From a virus (lineage: Duplodnaviria > Caudoviricetes), in IMG/VR virus record IMGVR_UViG_3300032305_000524, positions 1 through 40,138 of that record: a stretch of DNA of 40,138 bases; one strand, written 5' to 3'. Below, piece after piece: positions 8,560 to 16,239 of this stretch. The translations under genes were made by a program, and so were the position numbers. How positions within the stretch are numbered: position 1 is the stretch's first letter; every line of letters begins with the position of its first letter. The notes below the pieces were generated by a model, which was given only the letters and a program-made list of their open reading frames with translations, was not told the DNA's origin and ran no database searches.

Positions 8560-9260
8560 GCCCAAAATTTTTCCCAAAAATTTTCTCTGCGTGCGCTTCC
8601 ATTGTCCGTTTGGAAAACGTCATAGTAGTTAGGCGGTGCGGGAGAGCGAGCGCGCGAGTGCGTGTGCGTGAGTGAGGGAGAGCTTCGGGGCGACCAAGGG
8701 GACAAAAATCAGCAAAAGTTATAAGGTTATAACTTTCGGTCGGCACTACTATGATTTTACCCTGCGTTACAATGTAACAAAACACCCCCAGTTTGTTACA
8801 AAACTCTGTAACGTTGTTTTTTTGCAAATAGCCCCGCAAATGTAATACTAAGCGTTTCAAAAACTCAGAGAGAGAGATAGATATATATATATATTATATA
8901 TATGTTACATTGTAACAGTCTTTTTGGAGAACGAAGGTCAAAATTCTAAACGTTATAGGTCGCTTAATGTTTATGGTAACACCTATAACAAACTAAAGAA
9001 AAAAGATTTTAGGTCTTCATACCCCCAAATACCCTGTTACAGTGTAACCACGACCCATTTTATAGCCCCACTATATCCAAAACACCGCTAAGTTGTTGAT
9101 TTCATTAAGTACCCCCTACACCCCCATCGTAACAACCCCCCTGTAACATTTCCCACCCCTTTTGTAACATTGTAACAAGCACCCCCAAACCCCACAAAAG
9201 CCCCCGAAACTTATAACCTTATAACTTTTCATATATAATCCACCTATCACCAACCCAACC
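8560..9260. repeat. Repeat-rich non-coding block (GTTACA/TGTAAC repeats, (GA)n(TA)n tract, IHF site); putative origin or terminus element
   Basis: GTTACANTGTAAC at 8766, 8904, 9036; further TGTAAC/GTTACA at 8795, 8807, 9142, 9163, 9171; AT dinucleotide run ~8877-8903; no credible ORF. Confidence 0.6.
9089..9101 (-). promoter_or_regulatory. IHF binding site
   Basis: Reverse complement AATCAACAACTTA matches the WATCAANNNNTTR consensus exactly. Confidence 0.55.
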
Positions 9261-9271
9261 AAGGACTTACT

Positions 9272-9721
9272 ATGACACAAGACCTCTACACCCTAACGCT
9301 AAACTTCCCCACAGAAGTTGCAGACCGACTGGAGAACTCACACAAGAACGGCATCGAGGGAGCCACGACCCAAGCCATCAAGTTCTGGCTACAACTAGGC
9401 GACGACACATGGGAAACCATTGCAACCCAAGCAAACACCGAAGGCATGTCCCGCGCTGAGTTTGTCCGAAGAGCCGTTGCCAAACTGATGCAACCCGAAG
9501 CCCCTGCATATACCAACCTCAAGTCAGACATACCACTTGCTGAACGACGCAAGGCACGGAACGAAGACATTGCGTATCGGGCACTCAGAGGCGCACCACG
9601 CAAGGAACTTGCAACCCAATATGGCTTATCAGAAATACGCATACATCAGATCGTAGCTGCTGCAAAAAAGAAGCTAAACAAGGAAAAACTAGCCCAAGAA
9701 TGGACACCAGATGTGGACTAA
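9272..9721 (+). CDS. Transcriptional regulator: ribbon-helix-helix domain(s) plus C-terminal Mor-like HTH
   Basis: EGMSRAEFVRRAVAKL (CopG/RHH-like); RNEDI...RKELATQYGLSEIRIHQIV (Mor/HTH-like); AAGGA RBS. Confidence 0.7.
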   Translation: MTQDLYTLTLNFPTEVADRLENSHKNGIEGATTQAIKFWLQLGDDTWETIATQANTEGMSRAEFVRRAVAKLMQPEAPAYTNLKSDIPLAERRKARNEDIAYRALRGAPRKELATQYGLSEIRIHQIVAAAKKKLNKEKLAQEWTPDVD

Positions 9722-9738
9722 AAACTTATCAAAAACAC

Positions 9739-9767
9739 TTGACATAAACCTATAATTCTGGTATAAT
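9739..9767 (+). promoter_or_regulatory. Consensus sigma70 promoter with extended -10
   Basis: TTGACA, 17 bp, TATAAT with TGn; A-rich UP-like sequence upstream; motif half-site AAACCTATAA in spacer. Confidence 0.9.
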
Positions 9768-9773
9768 TGATTT

Positions 9774-10448
9774 ATCAAGTCGAGTAACGCCTCGGCTTGG
9801 TTTGTTCTTTAAAAATATATCAGTTAGGTTTTTGTGTATCTTGTAAAGTTATAACCTTATAACTTTCGTTCAGCCCACACAGGATACACAGACCTTCGAG
9901 CCGTCGCTGCATACATTGCAGAAGCCATACAGATTAGTGTCCAGTTCATACAAGAGTTGGTCGTATCCCGATGCCTCAATAGCCACCGCACCTCTTATGC
10001 GTGTTTCATATCCCATTCACTTGGGTTTCCCTGATTCCGAGAGTTTACTGTAAGTCCCCAAGGGTAGGTAGTGCCATGCCAGTTAGCTATTGTTGAGTAA
10101 AGATACTGAACCGCCAAAGATGTAAGTTACTTTTCTTCCTAGGTGAATAGACGTTGGGTTCAGCCCCAGTATTTTGATGGAGTACCTCCATAGGCTAGTG
10201 TCACACGAGTGAAAGTCAAAATGCAAAGCATACGCACACTACCTAAATGGGTGCAGTATTTGTATGCCAATCATACAAACTGCTCAGTGGAGTTTATGTA
10301 GCACCTCGGGATGCTACCGCTAAGACAACCATGGGAACACGGACTGACATGGGTCAGGATATACGTGAACGACAAACCCTATCGTAGTTTAAAGATACCT
10401 GTTTATCTTGTAGCCCTGCGAGTCAGGGCTATGTGATGCACAGCATCA
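9774..10448 (+). ncRNA. Putative large structured non-coding RNA (~670 nt)
   Basis: No ORF of 60 aa or more behind a perfect promoter; many stems, some with G-U pairs (9833-9844/9879-9890, 10177-10191, 10253-10283, 10298-10317, 10344-10357, 10411-10431, 10434-10448). Confidence 0.6.
9776..9815 (+). promoter_or_regulatory. boxB-like hairpin + boxA antitermination signal (rrn-leader type)
   Basis: CAAGTCGAG-TAACGC-CTCGGCTTG hairpin then TGTTCTTTAAAAA, close to rrn boxA TGCTCTTTAACA. Confidence 0.65.
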
Positions 10449-10480
10449 AACCTATAACCTTATAACTTTTGGAGAATGAT

Positions 10481-10726
10481 ATGAAAGTGTCCGAACTAAT
10501 TGCAGAACTAGAGTGTTACGACGGTGATGCCGAAGTACACATGGCGTATGGGGCAGGCGACTACTGGCGTACAACGCTAGCCCCAAGGGTGGGTCGAACC
10601 TGTCAAGGTAAGGTGCAGAAGTCTGAGTATCACCAGACCTACCGCTTGTATGAACGTGACAACGACGAACCCGAGGACGATGACGACGAGCCAGTTTGTC
10701 AAGTTGTGGTGATTGAACACTTATAA
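10481..10726 (+). CDS. Hypothetical protein
   Basis: MKVSELIAELE... with GGAG RBS fused to repeat; stop lies inside next repeat copy. Confidence 0.8.
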   Translation: MKVSELIAELECYDGDAEVHMAYGAGDYWRTTLAPRVGRTCQGKVQKSEYHQTYRLYERDNDEPEDDDDEPVCQVVVIEHL

Positions 10727-10749
10727 CCTTATAACTTTTGGAGAACAAA

Positions 10750-11082
10750 ATGAAAGTACGCAAGAACAAACACAAGATACTTGACCGCATGGCTAACCCA
10801 TCGTGGAAAGAGGACTTGAACAAGATGTGGTTTATCCGAGACACGACACCATGCAAATCGTATAGCCCTTGGTGTCCTGACTGTAACGCAAGGTTGTTTT
10901 ACAAGACGATGCAACGCTTCCCCTACTCATACGAAGAGTGGCGTGTGTTTGAGTTACGCCAAGCAGCACCCGAGGAAGCAGAGTTCAACCGACTTGAAGA
11001 CGAACGCAACCGAGGGATTAAAGAACTAAGCGATGCCGCTAAATTTCGGGAACTATCCAACCAACTGGAGGACTTTAAATGA
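10750..11082 (+). CDS. Hypothetical protein
   Basis: MKVRKNK... GGAG RBS after repeat; CxxC motif. Confidence 0.75.
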   Translation: MKVRKNKHKILDRMANPSWKEDLNKMWFIRDTTPCKSYSPWCPDCNARLFYKTMQRFPYSYEEWRVFELRQAAPEEAEFNRLEDERNRGIKELSDAAKFRELSNQLEDFK

Positions 11083-11231
11083 TTGAACCCAGCTACACAG
11101 AGACACGGCACTACATCCTGCTCAAGAACCTACTCATTGCTATTGCTCATGATCGTGATGCCTTACGCATTATGGCTACCAAGAAAGAAATGGCAGAAGC
11201 CGTAGCTGCAATGAAACATTTGTGGGAGTAA
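11079..11231 (+). CDS. Small hypothetical protein (50 aa)
   Basis: ATGA overlap with upstream stop, GGAGG RBS; MIEPSYTETRHYILLKNLL...KHLWE; below ORF-track cutoff. Confidence 0.65.
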   Translation: MIEPSYTETRHYILLKNLLIAIAHDRDALRIMATKKEMAEAVAAMKHLWE

Positions 11232-11233
11232 GT

Positions 11234-11440
11234 ATGACACGCCTATTGCAAGACGAGATGGAAGGCTACGAATGTCAACGGCTTAGCCGTTGGTTCGCAA
11301 GCCGTATAGATGCCAAACAAATTGTAAGGAAACACCATGAGCGAAAACTTATACCTACCAATCTGCACTTGTTGTTATGCGACACGGGTCGAACCCCAAC
11401 GCAAACACATGAAACGACCCACATGCCTAGCATGTGGTGA
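11234..11440 (+). CDS. Hypothetical protein
   Basis: GGAG RBS; MTRLLQDEMEGYECQRLSRWFASRIDA; 3' part overlaps next gene. Confidence 0.55.
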   Translation: MTRLLQDEMEGYECQRLSRWFASRIDAKQIVRKHHERKLIPTNLHLLLCDTGRTPTQTHETTHMPSMW

Positions 11441-11558
11441 AAGCGAAGCACGCAAAGTAAACCATTGCATCGTGCCTATGAACAAGTCCAACTGTATTGT
11501 GGTAACTGACCTATCAATACTACGCCAGTTGAACCCCAAGCTAACAACAAACTTATAA
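11337..11558 (+). CDS. Small C4 zinc-finger protein (DksA/TraR-like finger)
   Basis: CTCC...TCLACGE; AAGGA RBS; stop inside repeat copy. Confidence 0.65.
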   Translation: MSENLYLPICTCCYATRVEPQRKHMKRPTCLACGESEARKVNHCIVPMNKSNCIVVTDLSILRQLNPKLTTNL

Positions 11559-11582
11559 CCTTATAACTTCTGGAGAAACACA

Positions 11583-12341
11583 ATGAGCATGTACTCAAAA
11601 CTTTCAATGCACTTATCACGCCACATGTACAAGCGTGGCAAGAACAAAGGCGACGCCCCTGCCAATGCGCACCGACGTGCAATGGACCACTATCGTGTGG
11701 TCAAGGGTAACGACGACACATACCGCATCCGCATGCATAGCACGGACATCATCACCGCTTACCCCAATGGCGATGTGAAGATCGACACTAACGGATGGCA
11801 CACACATAACACCACGATCATTAGACTGAACGAAGCGTTTGGTTTCTTCGAAGGTGTGGGCGTGGGCATGAGTAAGCGTAGCATCTTGAGCTATTCGCAA
11901 CCTGTGCTTCGTGTCGGCACTAAACTTTATTATTACTATGACGGCATCACACTCAATGCCCAAGGCGAAGTCATCACGCCACTTCAAGCGTTTGAGCAGA
12001 AGCGAGTAGATAGAGCAGCGACCAAGGAACTAACCAATGAACTGCAAGAGTCAGGGTTCACCGATGCGTTTAAGTTACTGTATGCCGTAGCTACACCCGA
12101 CGATATAGAACGTGACAACTACGGGATGTTTGGTGTACGACTACCCGATGCACTCACCGATAACGCACGAGCCGATCAATGGAAAGTAATTATTGCTCGC
12201 AGTAAATTCGAACGTCAGTACGCATACCCGCAGTACAAGTACATAGAGAAATCAAATGCAACGGCATGTTGGGCATCCATCATGTCTCAATGCAAAAAGA
12301 ACATGTACATTGTGTCTCGCTCTGAGACCTTTGTCTTGTAA
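11583..12341 (+). CDS. Hypothetical phage protein
   Basis: 252-aa ORF with GGAG RBS fused to repeat. Confidence 0.85.
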   Translation: MSMYSKLSMHLSRHMYKRGKNKGDAPANAHRRAMDHYRVVKGNDDTYRIRMHSTDIITAYPNGDVKIDTNGWHTHNTTIIRLNEAFGFFEGVGVGMSKRSILSYSQPVLRVGTKLYYYYDGITLNAQGEVITPLQAFEQKRVDRAATKELTNELQESGFTDAFKLLYAVATPDDIERDNYGMFGVRLPDALTDNARADQWKVIIARSKFERQYAYPQYKYIEKSNATACWASIMSQCKKNMYIVSRSETFVL

Positions 12342-12404
12342 ACGTGGCGTAAGCCAACTTAAGTAAACTTATAACCTTATAACTTTCAATTCAAGGAAAT
12401 CAAA

Positions 12405-13472
12405 ATGAACCTGTCTATCAATCTCAAACAAGCATCGACCCTCATTCGTAATGTGGGTACAACAAACACAGTCCTACTGCGTGGTCAGCCGGGTGTGGGC
12501 AAATCGTCCATCCTTGCGACACTAGGTAAAGAGCTACCTGACTATCAGATGTGCTACATCGACTGTGCAAACCTAGACCTCGGTGACTTGGCAATGCCTG
12601 TCATTGACCGAGAGAACATGACCACATCGTATGCACCCAATGTGCGTTTCGGTATCGGTCGAAATCAAACCCGCCCTGTTGCGCTAATGCTCGACGAGTT
12701 GGGTAAATCACTGCGACCAGTGATGAACATGTTGTTGCCGACTATCCTTGAGCATCGTGTAGGTGATGTGCTTCTACCTACTGGCTCGATTGTATTTGCA
12801 ACGACCAACCTAGATACAGATGGTGTGGGTGATAACATCCCTGCCCATGCCTACAACCGCATGACTGTGGTAAACCTAGCCAACCCAACTGTAGAGCAGT
12901 GGCTCGAGTGGGCATCCGACAACGACATAGCCCCCGAGGTGATGGCATTTGCCAAGCAGTATCCGCAAGTGTTCGACTGCTACACCGACCTCGACCCTAA
13001 GGCTAAGAACCCCTACATCTTCAACCCATTGACGGGCAACACCAAGGCATACTGCTCGCCTCGTTCACTCGAGAAAGCATCTAACCTTATCAAGATGCGT
13101 CATGTATTGGGTGATGCCTTGTTGCCTGCATTGGCAGGTACTGTGGGTGAAGCAGCAGCTAGAGACATGGATGCACTCATTCACTTGGCAGATCAGTTGC
13201 CCTTGTATGAGAACATTGTGAAGGAACCATACAAAGCCAAGGTTCCAACAAGTGCAGGTGCGTTGTTTATTCTCGCCTTCATGTTGGCAGGTCGTGTCGA
13301 TGCTAAGTCTATCGACGCAGTGATGGACTACTCAGATCGTATGGCTAACGAATCGTTCGAGGCACATGCTTTATTCATTACCTCATTGGCATCCAACAAA
13401 GCCAAGGTAGGTATGGCATGTGGTAGCCGTAAGTTCACGACCCAAGCAGCCAAGCTTGGTAAGTTCTTCTAA
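12405..13472 (+). CDS. MoxR-like AAA+ ATPase
   Basis: Walker A GQPGVGKS, Walker B LMLDE, sensor I ATTN, Arg finger NR, sensor II SPRS. Confidence 0.9.
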   Translation: MNLSINLKQASTLIRNVGTTNTVLLRGQPGVGKSSILATLGKELPDYQMCYIDCANLDLGDLAMPVIDRENMTTSYAPNVRFGIGRNQTRPVALMLDELGKSLRPVMNMLLPTILEHRVGDVLLPTGSIVFATTNLDTDGVGDNIPAHAYNRMTVVNLANPTVEQWLEWASDNDIAPEVMAFAKQYPQVFDCYTDLDPKAKNPYIFNPLTGNTKAYCSPRSLEKASNLIKMRHVLGDALLPALAGTVGEAAARDMDALIHLADQLPLYENIVKEPYKAKVPTSAGALFILAFMLAGRVDAKSIDAVMDYSDRMANESFEAHALFITSLASNKAKVGMACGSRKFTTQAAKLGKFF

Positions 13473-13492
13473 ACTTATAAGGTTATAACTTT

Positions 13493-13582
13493 ATGTTTAC
13501 ACCTTGGGAACGCTTCGAGCGTTTGATCTTAGCCCTAGCCGTTATCGTGCTAGTCCTTGACTTATTCTATTGGAGACCGTGA
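13493..13582 (+). CDS. Small single-pass membrane peptide (29 aa)
   Basis: MFTPWERFERLILALAVIVLVLDLFYWRP; fills the gap exactly, TGATG coupling to next gene. Confidence 0.65.
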   Translation: MFTPWERFERLILALAVIVLVLDLFYWRP

Positions 13583-13755
13583 TGCTTATCGTAGAACGAA
13601 CATCTAATGGGCAGAGCATTGTCGTTATCAAAAAAGATTGGCATCCCAATCGTATCGGCAAGGCATACCAACGCCCAATGCAAAACAACATGCAGTCCCA
13701 TGACGCATGGAGATTACAAACCGCTTACTTAAACAAACAAGGGAAACAATCATGA
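13582..13755 (+). CDS. Hypothetical protein
   Basis: MLIVERTSNG... GGAG RBS, coupled at both ends. Confidence 0.65.
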   Translation: MLIVERTSNGQSIVVIKKDWHPNRIGKAYQRPMQNNMQSHDAWRLQTAYLNKQGKQS

Positions 13756-14351
13756 GCAACATGTACGACATCGCAAGACAACTGCAAGCCCCCGGTGTAC
13801 TCACCACGGCAACCTTTAACCCAACACGTTTGACTAAGACGCTACGTAACTTGGTGCGCAAGAGTATTGCGTCAGGCAAGCACAACGGTGGGTGGTCAAG
13901 TCAGACTAAAGGGGTGCGCAACCTCGTCTTTAAGTTAGCGGGTGAAACGCCTGTGATTTACGCTGAGCCTGCGCATGGTAGCTATCTATCTTTTCGGTCA
14001 TCACGAGATATTAACCCCGAGCTACGCCTTGAGATTATTGGACTGCTTGAGGCAGATTGCTCGCTCTCTAAGATGAACTACGAAGAAGAGAAAAAGAATT
14101 ACTACAAGACCACATACGCTGAGTTTGTAAAAAACATGGATGATAGGTTTGATACAAACATCCAACGCCTTAACGATATGGGTAAGAACCCACACTACTC
14201 AATGGTGATACGCAACAAAACACTACGAGAGCAATTAGTTACTGCTTTCCTTACACAACGAACACCCGAAGAGGTGGCATTAGCTGAGCGCATAGCTTCG
14301 CTACTAGATAGGGATGAAGAGTTCCCTATCCCGACACATCACAACTTTTGA
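13752..14351 (+). CDS. Hypothetical protein
   Basis: MSNMYDIAR... ATGA overlap; ends at repeat copy. Confidence 0.8.
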   Translation: MSNMYDIARQLQAPGVLTTATFNPTRLTKTLRNLVRKSIASGKHNGGWSSQTKGVRNLVFKLAGETPVIYAEPAHGSYLSFRSSRDINPELRLEIIGLLEADCSLSKMNYEEEKKNYYKTTYAEFVKNMDDRFDTNIQRLNDMGKNPHYSMVIRNKTLREQLVTAFLTQRTPEEVALAERIASLLDRDEEFPIPTHHNF

Positions 14352-14385
14352 AAACTTATAACCTTATAACTTCTGGAGAAATCAA

Positions 14386-15558
14386 ATGAACGTACAAGAT
14401 CGAATCAAGAAAGCTCACATCGCTATCATGCAACACAAAAAGTTCTGTGTGTATAGCGGTATCCTTGCGTGTGGCAAGGTGCATGTCAATGACGACGTAC
14501 CTACCGCAGCTACCAACGGTTGGGATGTGATCTACAACCCTGCCTTCATCGAAGAACACATGAAGACCGACCCCGAGTTGCGCTTCCTCATCTTGCATGA
14601 GGGTCAGCACAAAGCATATCGTCACTTGCAAGTATGGTCTGCATTGCATGACGAGGATGCTCAGTTGGCTAACATCGCAGCAGATCACTTCGTTAACTTA
14701 TCCTTAGTGGATATGGATGATGGCGAGGGGTTCATCAAGATGCCTGAGTTGGGTGTGCAACCTGATGCCAAGTATCGTGGATGGTCGGTCAAGCAAATCT
14801 TCGAAGACCTCAAGCAAGAGGAAGAAGAAGGCGGGGGTGGTGGCGGTGGCGAGGGTGGGCAAGGGTTCGATGAGCATGACTGGGCTAATGCAACAAGCGG
14901 TGACCCTGCTAAAGATGCCGAGCGTGGTAATGAGATTCAACGAGCCATTCGTCAGGGTGAGATCGTGCGTCGCAAAATGCAAGGCAAAGGTGCAGGCGAT
15001 GCAGATGGTGCGTTCGGTGACTTGTTGCAACCCAAGATTGATTGGAAGAAAGTCTTGCGTGACTTCGTTACTGAGACATGCGCAGGTCGTGACGAGTCAT
15101 CATGGCGTAAGCCCAATCGTAGGTTTTTGAGCTACGACGTTTACATGCCCTCTATGGTAGGCACAACTATGACGGAGTTGGTGATCGGGTTTGACACGTC
15201 GGGTTCTTGTTTTGGTGGTGATGAAATGACTGCGTTCGTATCCAACATCAAGACCATCATCGAGGATGTCAAGCCAACCAAGACACACGTTATCTATTGG
15301 GACACTCAGGTAGCAGGGCATCAGACATTTGAAGATGGTCAGTTTGCCGTAGCCGACATGAAACCCAAAGGCGGTGGTGGTACAGATGGCTCTGTGTTAT
15401 TTGAATACTTGCGTGAACAACGTATCAATCCACAAGCTATTGTGCAGTTTACCGATGGCTATGTAGGTGACTGGGGTAACACCAATGTACCTACCTTGTG
15501 GGCTATCACAACCGATGTGGTTGCACCTTTCGGTACGACGGTTCGTGTCGAAGTTTAA
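14386..15558 (+). CDS. DUF2201-type metallopeptidase + VWA domain protein (MoxR partner)
   Basis: PTAATNG, zincin HEGQH, MIDAS DTSGS, GGGGT, FTDG. Confidence 0.9.
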   Translation: MNVQDRIKKAHIAIMQHKKFCVYSGILACGKVHVNDDVPTAATNGWDVIYNPAFIEEHMKTDPELRFLILHEGQHKAYRHLQVWSALHDEDAQLANIAADHFVNLSLVDMDDGEGFIKMPELGVQPDAKYRGWSVKQIFEDLKQEEEEGGGGGGGEGGQGFDEHDWANATSGDPAKDAERGNEIQRAIRQGEIVRRKMQGKGAGDADGAFGDLLQPKIDWKKVLRDFVTETCAGRDESSWRKPNRRFLSYDVYMPSMVGTTMTELVIGFDTSGSCFGGDEMTAFVSNIKTIIEDVKPTKTHVIYWDTQVAGHQTFEDGQFAVADMKPKGGGGTDGSVLFEYLREQRINPQAIVQFTDGYVGDWGNTNVPTLWAITTDVVAPFGTTVRVEV

Positions 15559-15590
15559 AACTTATAACCTTATAACTTTTGGAGAAAACC

Positions 15591-15959
15591 ATGGGATATA
15601 GATCAGATGTGCAGGCACTTATTTACCCTGCAAACGGTGACACCAACTTGTTGGAGTACAACAAGCTTAAATTGCTATTCAACACTACGTTCAAGAATGT
15701 GTTTGAGGCGTGGGGCGAGGATTACTTCAGTTGGAATGATGCGCATCGTGTGCTTAAGTTCTCTGCTAACTCGGTTAAGTGGTATGACTCGTACCCCGAA
15801 GTTCAGACGTTTGTTACGTTCTTAACTGATGTAGCTGGGCTTGGCTACGAGTACGAGTTCCTTCGTCTTGGTGAGGATGACGAAGATGTAGAGGATGACC
15901 GCACAGGCGATGCTGAAGGGTTTATGTATGTGCAACGAACAATAGAGGTGTCATTTTGA
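15591..15959 (+). CDS. Hypothetical phage protein
   Basis: MGYRSDV...VKWY...FLRLGEDDED; GGAG RBS after repeat. Confidence 0.85.
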   Translation: MGYRSDVQALIYPANGDTNLLEYNKLKLLFNTTFKNVFEAWGEDYFSWNDAHRVLKFSANSVKWYDSYPEVQTFVTFLTDVAGLGYEYEFLRLGEDDEDVEDDRTGDAEGFMYVQRTIEVSF

Positions 15960-16225
15960 AATTTAAGATGACCATCAATGGGCATAGCGTTTTGGTAGAT
16001 GCAAGGCAACTTGAAATCCTTACTGACACGTTGTCATTTGCCGAACACTTAACTGAAACTCATGTGGGCAACAACCAAGGCTCGCAAGGGTATCAGAGCG
16101 CATTTGTTCCTGTAATTAAACCAGTCGTAACACACGAGATATTCACTGTAGCACCAGTGAACCAAGACTACATCGACACAATCAAACTGTCGATGAAGCT
16201 AAATAACAAACCTATAACCTTATAA
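15956..16225 (+). CDS. Hypothetical protein
   Basis: TTG start with GAGG RBS, overlaps upstream stop; stop inside repeat copy. Confidence 0.7.
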   Translation: MKFKMTINGHSVLVDARQLEILTDTLSFAEHLTETHVGNNQGSQGYQSAFVPVIKPVVTHEIFTVAPVNQDYIDTIKLSMKLNNKPITL

Positions 16226-16239
16226 CTTTCGGAGAAACC

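Noticed and set aside
8715-8736. Resemblance of ATAACTT arms to loxP or dif
   Set aside because: Only 7-8 bp match, 2-bp core rather than a 6-8-bp spacer, and no tyrosine recombinase in the window
8498-8860. Minus-strand ORFs 8498-8860 and 8514-8705
   Set aside because: They run through a terminator and low-complexity repeats, lack an RBS and give unnatural sequence
10221-10301. 26-aa ORF MQSIRTLPKW... inside the putative ncRNA
   Set aside because: No RBS, overlaps strong hairpins, and would leave most of the region unexplained
9774-10448. tRNA, tmRNA or group I/II intron identity for the non-coding region
   Set aside because: No cloverleaf with T-loop and CCA end, no intron core motifs recognised, and no interrupted gene flanks it
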